Made by a program: the position numbers and the translations under genes. Below are positions 28,690 to 36,460 of a stretch of 64,000 nucleotides of DNA, piece by piece. The notes under the pieces are model-generated. The model made no database searches, was not told where the DNA came from, and saw only the letters and a list, made by a program, of their open reading frames with translations. Source of the stretch: Dehalococcoidia bacterium (GTDB lineage: Bacteria > Chloroflexota > Dehalococcoidia > Lucifugimonadales > UBA3495); NCBI GenBank assembly GCA_965237595.1, contig CBDEFY010000006.1, positions 168,671-232,670 on the forward strand, written 5' to 3'. Within the stretch, counting starts at the first letter, position 1. Each line of letters begins with the position of its first letter.

Positions 28690-29604
28690 CTACCGGGCCG
28701 GGTAACAAGATGGAAACGAGACGTGGCTACCCGGTGTTGTCCCCTTTTTTCTGGGTTCCCAGGTGATGAGCACCTGACGGACGTCCGGCAGCCACTGCGG
28801 GACGAAACCATCCGCACCCTCCTCAAACAATTCTTGGAAGTGCTCCCGCACCACCGCTCCTCCTCGGTCCCGATGATGGGGCGCGAGCCAACTGCCCGAC
28901 AACGCCACCTCCATGGCGTCCTCCTTGGTCTGCGGATAGGAGGGGGGCTGGGGCGTGCCGTTCACTAACGTCGCCTGGTGGAGAAACCTGATGTCGGGGA
29001 GGATACCCATCTCCCAAAGGGCCGGCAGCAAGTGGGTATGGCCGGGGACCACGGCCTGTTCCTCGCCATAGACCATCTCGAACAATCTGGCGTTGTGTAT
29101 CGGGTTGGGCACGCTCCAATTTGCGATGATGACCCGGCGGTGAGCGGCCGCTTCGAGATTGCCAACGAAGCGGCCGATTTCGCGGACAAAATAGGTCACG
29201 TTGGCCGCATGTACTACGTCGCCCTGCACGCCGTCTTGCGTCACGTCTACATCCAGCCAGTCGGATAGCACAAACTTGGCATTTGAGATCCCAGCCTCGG
29301 CCATGGACTCCTGGAACTCATGGCCCATCCCGGGGGAGGGGTCAACGTTCATTACCTGGCGGCAACGAAGCGCCATGGGCAGAGAGAGCCTTCCCGCCCC
29401 TCCACCGGCGTCCACGAACACGTCGTCCGGCCTTACAAATGAAGCAAGGACCTGGAATTTGTCGTCCATCTCCCGCTTGGGGTCGTCCCGAAACCGCTTG
29501 GCGGTCACCCCGCCCCAAATATCCGGAAGAAGCGGGCTTTGAAGCCGCTCCCGCTGGGAATCTACGGCGTCTATCAAGGCTGCGTAATCTTCGACCGCGC
29601 CCAT
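28690..29604 (-). CDS. class I SAM-dependent methyltransferase
   Basis: VFVDAGGGAGRLSLPMA is motif I; a downstream acidic residue follows in NVDPSPGM. Confidence 0.65.
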   Translation of the reverse strand: MGAVEDYAALIDAVDSQRERLQSPLLPDIWGGVTAKRFRDDPKREMDDKFQVLASFVRPDDVFVDAGGGAGRLSLPMALRCRQVMNVDPSPGMGHEFQESMAEAGISNAKFVLSDWLDVDVTQDGVQGDVVHAANVTYFVREIGRFVGNLEAAAHRRVIIANWSVPNPIHNARLFEMVYGEEQAVVPGHTHLLPALWEMGILPDIRFLHQATLVNGTPQPPSYPQTKEDAMEVALSGSWLAPHHRDRGGAVVREHFQELFEEGADGFVPQWLPDVRQVLITWEPRKKGTTPGSHVSFPSCYPAR

Positions 29605-29830
29605 CTATCCTCCACGTGGTCAACTTTAGGCGGTATTATCGCCTCGTCCCCCTCACAGGACATGCCAGGACCGGTTGTGCGATTCCGTCGGCATATTCGG
29701 CATCGGCGCCGTTTGCTGCGTAAGAACTCTCTATATTCTTGACACTACCATCGCCCTCTGCTACAACCAAACGAAATCCCGATACTAAACATCAGGTAAT
29801 AGCCGTTAGGCACCCATCAGGAGGCCGACC

Positions 29831-30895
29831 ATGGGCGAGATTCTAGGAGCCGGCATCACTCATTACCCGCCGCTAATCATCCCGGACGAGGACCGGGCCT
29901 TCCCACTGACCCGCACCCTGCAGCACAATGACAAGGTCCCCGAGGAGATGAAGATTCCCACGAACTGGCCCGTGCCCATGCGGGTGGAGTACGGCGAAGA
30001 CGAAGGCTTTAAGTCGGCCCAGAAACACCGCGAACGGCTGCTCAAAGGGTTCCTGGAGATACGCACGGCCATTGACGACTTCAGTCCCGATGTCATTCTC
30101 ATCTGGGGCGACGACCAGTACGAGAACTTCAAAGAGGACATCATCCCGGCCTTCTGCGTGCTGGCTTACGACCAGTTCGAGGGAGCTCCCTTCAACAACC
30201 GCGACGGCAGTTACCGCCGCAACGTGTGGGACGAGCCCCAAGAAAAGACCTTCGTGTACCAGGGGGCTCCTCAGGCGGGCCGTGCCCTGGCCGGCGGTCT
30301 GATCGATGAGGGCTTCGACATTGCCTATGCCTACCAGCCCCTCCACGAAAAAGGCCTGGGCCACGCCTTCCTGAACACCCTGCTGTACTTGGACTACGAC
30401 CGAAAGGGCTTCGACCTTCCTGTCTTGCCCATAGCCGTGAACTGCTACGGCAGCAGCGTAATCCGCAACCGGGGTGGCGCCATCACCCAGAAAGTAAATG
30501 GCGTCGAACTGCCCTTCGACCCTCCAGGCCCTTCGCCCAAGCGGTGTATGGAGCTTGGCGCCGCCACCGCCAGGGTGCTGAAAGACAGCCCGTACCGGGT
30601 AGCCTTGGTGGCTTCATCTAGTTGGTCCCACGCCTTCCTCACCCCCAAGAACCATTACCTGTGGCCCGACATGGATTCGGACCGCAGCCGCTTCGAGGAA
30701 CTGCGCGACGGGGACTACGGCGCCTGGAAACGGATCTCCACCGACCAGATAGAGGACGCCGGCCAGCAGGAGTTGTTGAACTGGATGTGCCTGGCCGGGG
30801 CCATGCAGGAGATGGGCCGGAAGCCCGAGATTTTGGACTATGTGGAAACCTACGTCTTCAACTCCAACAAATGCCTGGCGCTGTTCCAGCCGTAG
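29831..30895 (+). CDS. LigB-family (class III) extradiol ring-cleavage dioxygenase-like protein, paralog 1
   Basis: ILIWGDDQYENF..GLGHAFLNTLLYL..SSSWSHAF pattern. Strongly similar to 33332-34393. Confidence 0.6.
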   Translation: MGEILGAGITHYPPLIIPDEDRAFPLTRTLQHNDKVPEEMKIPTNWPVPMRVEYGEDEGFKSAQKHRERLLKGFLEIRTAIDDFSPDVILIWGDDQYENFKEDIIPAFCVLAYDQFEGAPFNNRDGSYRRNVWDEPQEKTFVYQGAPQAGRALAGGLIDEGFDIAYAYQPLHEKGLGHAFLNTLLYLDYDRKGFDLPVLPIAVNCYGSSVIRNRGGAITQKVNGVELPFDPPGPSPKRCMELGAATARVLKDSPYRVALVASSSWSHAFLTPKNHYLWPDMDSDRSRFEELRDGDYGAWKRISTDQIEDAGQQELLNWMCLAGAMQEMGRKPEILDYVETYVFNSNKCLALFQP

Positions 30896-30910
30896 CATCG
30901 ACACAATGTC

Positions 30911-30935
30911 CCTTCCCCCGCATCGGGGGAAGGTT
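30911..30935. repeat. GC-rich hairpin repeat, copy 1 (left part; its remainder is at 33243-33274, split by the IS4-family transposon)
   Basis: CCTTCCCCCG-CAT-CGGGGGAAGG followed by TT. The same hairpin followed by TTAGG recurs at 50806 and 60004. Confidence 0.8.
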
Positions 30936-30953
30936 GGCTTTGCACCAAAAGTC

Positions 30954-31880
30954 TTATTCCCAGGACACTTTTGGAACAACTGGCTCTTCTGTTCCAAAAG
31001 TCTCGGTGTCAAATGCCGGCTCGATGCCCAATTCGAACATGCTCGAAACGAGCACGACGATATTATGACACAAGATTTTAGCCAGCACTTCGTTGACTTG
31101 GGCCACTGGCGTCTTGGAGCGAACCGCCCCACCGAACTTGGCCTTAATCATCGAAAACGTAGTCTCCACGTTGCTGCGCTTGTGATACCTAGCCGAAAAT
31201 TCGGCTCGGTTCAAGTTGTAGAAGTGGAAGGCCCGTTCCCACAGGCCGTCACGCTTATGATGGCCGCTGTGGGCCACGGAGTTGGTCTTGAAAGGGATGT
31301 AAGCTGTTCCGCCAACTGCCTGGACTTCTCGGAGGTTCTGCCTGCTCAGATAAGCCTTGTCGCCGGAGACTTCATTGACCGTGAAGTTCTGCGCGGTGGT
31401 TTTAACGAACGGAGCCAGGTAGGGCGAGTCCGCGCTCATGGTGGTGGTCGCTTCACACGAAGTGATGATATTCGTGGAAACACCGCACATTACATGTACC
31501 TTGACCCACTGGGCTTCCTTAATCATCTTGGCCCATTTGTTGTCGAACCACCGGTGGTAGACGGATGTAGCAAAGCCGCTGGAGTCAACGGCAAAGTCTG
31601 TTTCCACAGACTTGAGCGGAAGTGCACTCTGTTCAATCAGGGATTTCAGCAAAGGGGCCAGGTCGGGATTCTCCAGATGCCGGAATGTGCTGGTGAACGA
31701 CGGGACGTTGTCCAAAAGTCCTTTGTCATGGGCGTTTCGGAAATCCGTCATCGCCCGTCTACCCGACATGGTGGAATAGACCTTAAGACCGATGCCAAAA
31801 ACTACGTCGGAGAGAGGGAGCCGGGGACGGCCAAAGGTTTGTGGCGGTTGCTCGATGGTATCGCAGAGATCACGAAGCAA
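30954..31880 (-). CDS. IS4-family DDE transposase (start uncertain; homology continues upstream to about 31960)
   Basis: DDE residues in FAVDSSGF, VSGDKAYL and NVETTF. The IS4 signature Y-(2)-R-(3)-E-(6)-K is seen in YHKRSNVETTFSMIK. The in-frame upstream sequence ..RKTYSQDWPAYNAAQTHEEERF has no canonical start codon. Confidence 0.8.
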   Translation of the reverse strand: MLRDLCDTIEQPPQTFGRPRLPLSDVVFGIGLKVYSTMSGRRAMTDFRNAHDKGLLDNVPSFTSTFRHLENPDLAPLLKSLIEQSALPLKSVETDFAVDSSGFATSVYHRWFDNKWAKMIKEAQWVKVHVMCGVSTNIITSCEATTTMSADSPYLAPFVKTTAQNFTVNEVSGDKAYLSRQNLREVQAVGGTAYIPFKTNSVAHSGHHKRDGLWERAFHFYNLNRAEFSARYHKRSNVETTFSMIKAKFGGAVRSKTPVAQVNEVLAKILCHNIVVLVSSMFELGIEPAFDTETFGTEEPVVPKVSWE

Positions 31881-32230
31881 AGCGACGAATCGTTCTTCTT
31901 CGTGCGTCTGTGCCGCGTTGTAAGCTGGCCAATCCTGGGAATAAGTCTTCCGTGGTTGGGGGAGTGTAGCCGTGGTACTATGAATGAGCGATAGTCATGG
32001 TGGAGTTACAGCCTCCATCTTGATTAGGGAGCGGCGGTGTTTCGGCACCGTTTGCTCCCGACGTGACTATATTATCGCCGATTTCAGCGAAAAAATCAAG
32101 CTGAATCGCGTCATTTCGGTGCCAATTAGGTGCGTGTTCTGGAGGATTTCGACGTACAGCGGCTCTGCTGCACATAAAATAGTTAACTCCCGCCGCCCTA
32201 TGGCGCAAGTCGTCGGGCTGCGTGGCGTTA

Positions 32231-32319
32231 TGGTGCCGAGGGCGGGGCTTGAACCCGCAAGGCGGAAAACCGCCGGTGGTTTTCAAGACCACTGCGTTTA
32301 CCAATTTCGCCACCCCGGC
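32231..32319 (-). tRNA. tRNA with anticodon UGA (Ser by anticodon) but tRNA-Leu-like body; encoded CCA
   Basis: GCCGGGG-TG-GCG-AAATTGGTAAA-CGC-A-GTGGT-CTTGAAA-ACCAC-CGGCGGTTTTCCGCCTT-GCGGG-TTCAAGC-CCCGC-CCTCGGC-A-CCA. Full class II cloverleaf with a long variable arm, A73 discriminator, and a Leu-type D arm (TGGCGAAATTGGTAAACGC). Confidence 0.85.
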
Positions 32320-32370
32320 ATGCATCAGCGGCGCGGTTATGTCTTTGCGGGCTGGCCGCGCCGTTTCTTA

Positions 32371-32826
32371 TCAAAAGGGCAGGTCATCAGCTTTGTACTC
32401 GAAGGTGTTACGAGCAATCTTTGTAAAACGGTCCGCACTGGAAAGGACCGTTCCGATAACCGCAAAGGGTTGTTTTACGCCAAGGTCAAGCCCCTGGCTG
32501 TGCAGTTCCTCAAGCACACACTGTACCTTAACCAATTCGTTGCTAGGCGGAAGGCGTCGCCAAACAGCCAGTGCAGCTTCAACTATCAATCTAGGGCGCT
32601 CGGACGTTTCAACAGTATCGAAATGTGGATCGTGGTTAAGGTCACTGGCCTCTACATTAGCGGTATCTTGCAGATAAGTACCAAGCGCAGTGATGGCCGA
32701 GAGCTGGTTTTTCAGCCTATCGAACTCGGCGTCTATCTCTTGCAACAGTTCACCGCCAAGGTCGTAAGCTGCTTGCTCACCCTCCATAGTCCAGGTGTTC
32801 ATCATTTCCTTTACATAGTCACGCAT
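32371..32826 (-). CDS. hypothetical protein (151 aa), transposon cargo
   Basis: Lower-GC ORF inside the transposon. No recognisable motif. Confidence 0.4.
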   Translation of the reverse strand: MRDYVKEMMNTWTMEGEQAAYDLGGELLQEIDAEFDRLKNQLSAITALGTYLQDTANVEASDLNHDPHFDTVETSERPRLIVEAALAVWRRLPPSNELVKVQCVLEELHSQGLDLGVKQPFAVIGTVLSSADRFTKIARNTFEYKADDLPF

Positions 32827-32909
32827 GTGTCATATCTCCGCACTGATAGTTACAGTACCCAGTGCCAACTGCGTGAGTATACTACATTACTGTCAGTAGT
32901 ATCACCACT

Positions 32910-33113
32910 ATGATAAGAGAGTACGTCTACACGATCCAAGAGGCAGCAGATGTTCTTGCGGTCAATCGGGAGACAGTGAGGCGGTGGATGGTGGCCGGAA
33001 AACTCGCAGGAGAGAATATTGGTGGTGCCGTGCTATTGCCTCGGTGGGCCGTTGAAATGATTAAGCAAGAACGACAAACGAGAAGCCAAAAGCAACGCCG
33101 GGGTAAGAAATAA
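32910..33113 (+). CDS. helix-turn-helix DNA-binding protein, excisionase/MerR-like family
   Basis: YTIQEAADVLAVNRETVRRWMVAGKL is a typical excisionase-family HTH. Basic C-terminal tail. Confidence 0.6.
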   Translation: MIREYVYTIQEAADVLAVNRETVRRWMVAGKLAGENIGGAVLLPRWAVEMIKQERQTRSQKQRRGKK

Positions 33114-33331
33114 CGTGGCTCTTACTTTTGATTCAACATGGACTTTAGGTGCAAAGCCCGTGGGAGATATAAAGTAGGGGTTCGTGACCTTTTGGAACAA
33201 CCGACCGACTTTAGGAACAGATGCTACTTATGGAGCAAAGCCGGGGAAGGTTAGGATGGGGGCCACCCCTCACCTAAGCCGTCTCAGAGCAGGAACCAAA
33301 ATCCAAAAATTCCTACCTTCGGAGCAATAAA

Positions 33332-34393
33332 ATGGCAGAGATACTAGGAGTCGGCGTAACCCACTCCCCTTCGCTCATCACGCCCGATGAGCTGAAGCAG
33401 TACTCCCTCACCAGGGCGTTAAACGGCAACGACCGCATCCCGTCCGAGCAAAAGGACCCAGAGTCCTGGCCCGAGGCCATGCGCGCCGAGTGGGGGGACG
33501 ACCAAGGGTACACCTCCGCCAAGTACCAGCGTGAGAAGCTGGCCGATGGATTCCGAAAGGTGCGGGCCGAGATCGACGCCTTCAAGCCCGACGTGGTCTT
33601 GGTCTGGGGCGACGACCAATACGAGAACTTCAAAGAGGACATCATCCCTGCCTTCTGCATCCTGGCCTACGATTCATTCGAGGCCCAGCCCATGTCGGGC
33701 CGGGACGGCGGCCAGCGCCCCAACGTCTGGGACGAGCCCGCCGACAAGATTTTCCGATATAAAGGCCACGAGGCCAGCCGCTATCTGGCCGGCGCGCTCT
33801 TAGAAGACGGCTTCGACATCGCCTACGCCTACGAGCCCCTCCACGAGCCGGGCCTGGGCCACGCGTTCTTGAACACCCTGCTCTACCTGGACTATGACCG
33901 CAAGGGCTTCGACTATCCGGTGATCCCATTTGCCGTGAACTGCTACGGCAGCAGCATCATCCGCAACCGTGGCGGGGCCATCACCCAGACGATTAACGGT
34001 GTCGATCTACCTTTGGACCCGCCCGGTCCATCGCCCAAACGGTGCATGGAACTCGGCGCGGCCACGGCCCGGGCACTCCAAGCCAGCCCTTGGCGGGTGG
34101 CCCTGATAGCGTCGTCCAGTTGGTCCCACGCTTTCCTAACCCCCAAGAACTGGTGGCTCTACCCCGACGTGGAGTCGGACTTAGCCCGTTTCGAGGAACT
34201 TAAGGCTGGGAACTACGAGGCTTGGCGCAACATCACCAATAGGCAGATCGAGGACGCCGGCCAACAGGAGATGCTGAACTGGATGTGTCTGGCCGGGGCC
34301 ATGTCCGAGTTGAACCGCCCGCCGGAGATAATCGAGTTCCTGCAGACCTACATCTTCAATTCCAGCAAGTGCCTGGCGGTGATGAAGCCGTAG
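33332..34393 (+). CDS. LigB-family (class III) extradiol ring-cleavage dioxygenase-like protein, paralog 2
   Basis: Collinear with 29831-30895 over its full length, with the same conserved blocks (VWGDDQYENF, GLGHAFLNTLLYLDYDRKGFD, SSSWSHAFLTPKN). Confidence 0.6.
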   Translation: MAEILGVGVTHSPSLITPDELKQYSLTRALNGNDRIPSEQKDPESWPEAMRAEWGDDQGYTSAKYQREKLADGFRKVRAEIDAFKPDVVLVWGDDQYENFKEDIIPAFCILAYDSFEAQPMSGRDGGQRPNVWDEPADKIFRYKGHEASRYLAGALLEDGFDIAYAYEPLHEPGLGHAFLNTLLYLDYDRKGFDYPVIPFAVNCYGSSIIRNRGGAITQTINGVDLPLDPPGPSPKRCMELGAATARALQASPWRVALIASSSWSHAFLTPKNWWLYPDVESDLARFEELKAGNYEAWRNITNRQIEDAGQQEMLNWMCLAGAMSELNRPPEIIEFLQTYIFNSSKCLAVMKP

Positions 34394-34448
34394 CAGGGGA
34401 TAGCTCCCTAGACCGTCCAGTTCCGGCCCAGACGGCGGTGAACTAAGC

Positions 34449-34664
34449 GTGGAAGAAGGCTATGGGGAATACAGCTACACTCTGGTTCGGTGGCTACTTG
34501 TTACCGTCTTCAACAAGGCCGCGGCTCTTTTTCGGTCGGTAATCAAGAACCATTCACTTATGGGTGGCAACAAGAGATTGGCCCTGACCTCCGTCGCGGT
34601 GTTCTTGAACCTCAATGAATATCTCCCAGATAATCCGGCCAGCCAAGCGGTCCACCTAAACTAA
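34449..34664 (+). pseudogene. Doc (Fic/DOC family) toxin-like fragment with degenerate active-site motif
   Basis: ..AAALFRSVIKNHSLMGGNKRLALTSVAVFLNLNEY. The HxFx(D/N)GNKR motif is degenerate (HSLMGGNKR), and the N-terminal half is missing or unrelated. Confidence 0.5.
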
Positions 34665-34791
34665 CCAGAACGCTCGAGCAGCGAGATGGATTAGTAGAGG
34701 TCTACGCTCGACTTAACTTTTGAACCTGCTACAAAGAAATAGAGCCTGGAAAAATTAAACCCTTAAAATCAGCGTCCGGAGGAGCGGAAAG

Positions 34792-35037
34792 GTGAAAACC
34801 TACATGTTCCGTGTCGTAGTGGAACCCGACGATGACCGGTGGGTTGTGTACTGTCCAGCTTTGGAAAAATACGCGGCCACCACATGGGGCAACACTAGAG
34901 AGGAAGCCCTGCAGCACATCCAAGAAGTAATACATATGGTGCTCCAGGAATTAGTGGACGATCAAGAAGCAATCCCAGAGGAACCTTTGGAAGAAGTCAT
35001 TGTTACTTCTGAGCCCCGAGTGGCAGTCACCATCTGA
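34792..35037 (+). CDS. HicB-family antitoxin-like protein (UPF0150), orphan
   Basis: YMFRVVVEPDDDRWVVYCPALEKYAATTWGNTREEALQHIQEVIHMVLQ is a typical HicB N-terminal domain. GTG start with GGAGGAG upstream. No hicA is visible, and IS3 copy D begins 11 nt downstream. Confidence 0.7.
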   Translation: MKTYMFRVVVEPDDDRWVVYCPALEKYAATTWGNTREEALQHIQEVIHMVLQELVDDQEAIPEEPLEEVIVTSEPRVAVTI

Positions 35038-35061
35038 TCTATCACGGTGAGGTGGACCCAA

Positions 35062-36008
35062 TTAGTTGGACAGGTTTGGTGCAAAACTAAGTGGGAGTTC
35101 CGCCGTCTTTCCAAGGTCTGAGAACGCTCCGTTCGGTGCCCGTTTCCCATTGATTGACCGTTCATCTGATGGCGCCAAGTCTCCTTTGAACACCTCAGCC
35201 GGTGTCCGGTAGCCCAAGGCCTGGTGGGGTCTTTGGTTGTTGTAGAAGCTGAAGTATGCGTCAAGCCCGGCCTTGGCTTCTCGCCCGTTGGAGTAGGCTT
35301 TCAGGTAGACCTCCTCGTACTTAACCGTGCGCCACAGCCGCTCCAACAAGATGTTGTCGGTGTAGCGTCCCTTCCCGTCCATGCTGATTCTCACTCCGTG
35401 CTGCTCTAGGAGACCGGTAAAGGCTTCGCCGGTGAACTGGCTGCCCTGGTCGGTGTTGAAGACCTCTGGCTTCCCCTTGCCAAGCGCTTCCTCCAATGTC
35501 TCGACACAGAAATCAGCATCCAAGGTGTTGGAAAGACGCCAGGCCACCACGTACCGCGTGTACCAATCCATGATGGCCACCAGGTATAAGAAACCCTTGG
35601 CCATGGGGATGTAGGTGATGTCGGCGGCCCACACCTGATTTGGTCTGGTGATCTCCATGCCGCTCAGGAGGTAGGGATACACCTTGTGCCCTGGCCCCGG
35701 CTTGCTGGTCCGGGGCCACCGGTAGATGGCACGTAGTCCCATGGTCCGCATCAGACACGCTGGACCCGCTTCCGGTTCACCCTGTGACCTTGAGTGCCCA
35801 GCCAGACCCTCATGCGCCGCGACCCGTAGAAGGGGGTACTTAGGTACTGGTGGTCCATCGCCTTCATCACGGTCAGGTTCTCCGAGCAAGTCCCCTTGCG
35901 CCGGTAGTTTAGGCTGGACCTGCTGATGCTCAGTAAGGCGCACTGTCTCACTGTGGACAAGGCTGGGTGCCGCCGGTCCACCATCTCCCGCCGCCGCTCC
36001 CGGCTCAT
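35062..36008 (-). pseudogene. IS3 OrfB (copy D), frameshifted
   Basis: The N-terminal 85 codons (35751-36008) and the remaining DDE core are in different frames because of the 2-nt insertion. Confidence 0.85.
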
Positions 36009-36307
36009 GGACCGAGCCTCTCCGCCAAGAAATCCCGCTCAACCTTCAGTTGGCCGATCTGCTGATAGAGCCGGGCAACAAGGACCCCATCGCTCTTCTG
36101 GCGTTTGTCTTGGTTCCCACCAAAGACGCCGACCGCTCCTTCCAACAAGGACTTCTTCCAGGCCTGGATCTGCCCGGGATGGACCTCGTAGCGGGCGGCC
36201 AGTTGGGCCACCGTCTCTTCACCCTTCACCGCTTCCAGGGCCACCTTGGCCTTGAATGTTGGGCTGTGCTTCCTCCGCTCTTTTGACATGTCCCACTCCT
36301 CCCTCAC
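36005..36307 (-). CDS. IS3-family transposase OrfA (copy D)
   Basis: Intact 100-aa OrfA. Confidence 0.85.
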   Translation of the reverse strand: MREEWDMSKERRKHSPTFKAKVALEAVKGEETVAQLAARYEVHPGQIQAWKKSLLEGAVGVFGGNQDKRQKSDGVLVARLYQQIGQLKVERDFLAERLGP

Positions 36308-36460
36308 AGCAACAGCTGTGGCTATTTTAGGAGCAGAACTCTCACTTAACCACCTGTCCGAATTTCCGGGTCCACCTCAGTCTTCCAAGAAGAAAGCTCA
36401 TCAGAACGGCGCCGCCGATAATCGAAACGCACGGGACACTTACAAGTACCACCTTAGAGA

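Larger units (their letters stand above)
30936..33242 (-). mobile_element. IS4-family transposon (2307 bp) carrying a tRNA gene and two small ORFs
   Basis: Terminal IR GGCTTTGCACCAAAAGT (30936..) versus reverse complement GGCTTTGCTCCATAAGT (..33242). Perfect 10-bp TSD GGGGAAGGTT (30926-30935 and 33243-33252). Multiple subterminal copies of TGYWCCWAAAGTC at both ends (30941, 30964 inverted, 30990; 33141, 33186, 33207, 33226). Confidence 0.8.
35048..36379 (-). mobile_element. IS3-family insertion sequence, copy D (1332 bp; 2-nt insertion in orfB; no TSD)
   Basis: Same termini, with one mismatch in the orfB-side end (cccaattag). The flanking triplets differ (CGG versus GTC). An extra 'ac' near 35755 (cagacacgctgg versus cagacgctgg) shifts the OrfB frame. 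Confidence 0.9.

Noticed and set aside
33141-33158. Internal near-perfect copy of the left terminal IR (GACTTTAGGTGCAAAGCC) as the true right end of the IS4-family element.
   Set aside because: No target duplication follows it. The outer end at 33242 is flanked by the 10-bp repeat GGGGAAGGTT, and its removal regenerates the hairpin repeat. I treat the inner copy as a subterminal binding-site repeat.
34640-34660. GGTCCACCT 9-mer resembling the IS3 terminal repeat at the end of the first Doc fragment, as a possible solo IR or excision scar.
   Set aside because: Only 9 of the 12 or more IR bases match, and no adjacent IS sequence is present. It is too short to distinguish from chance.
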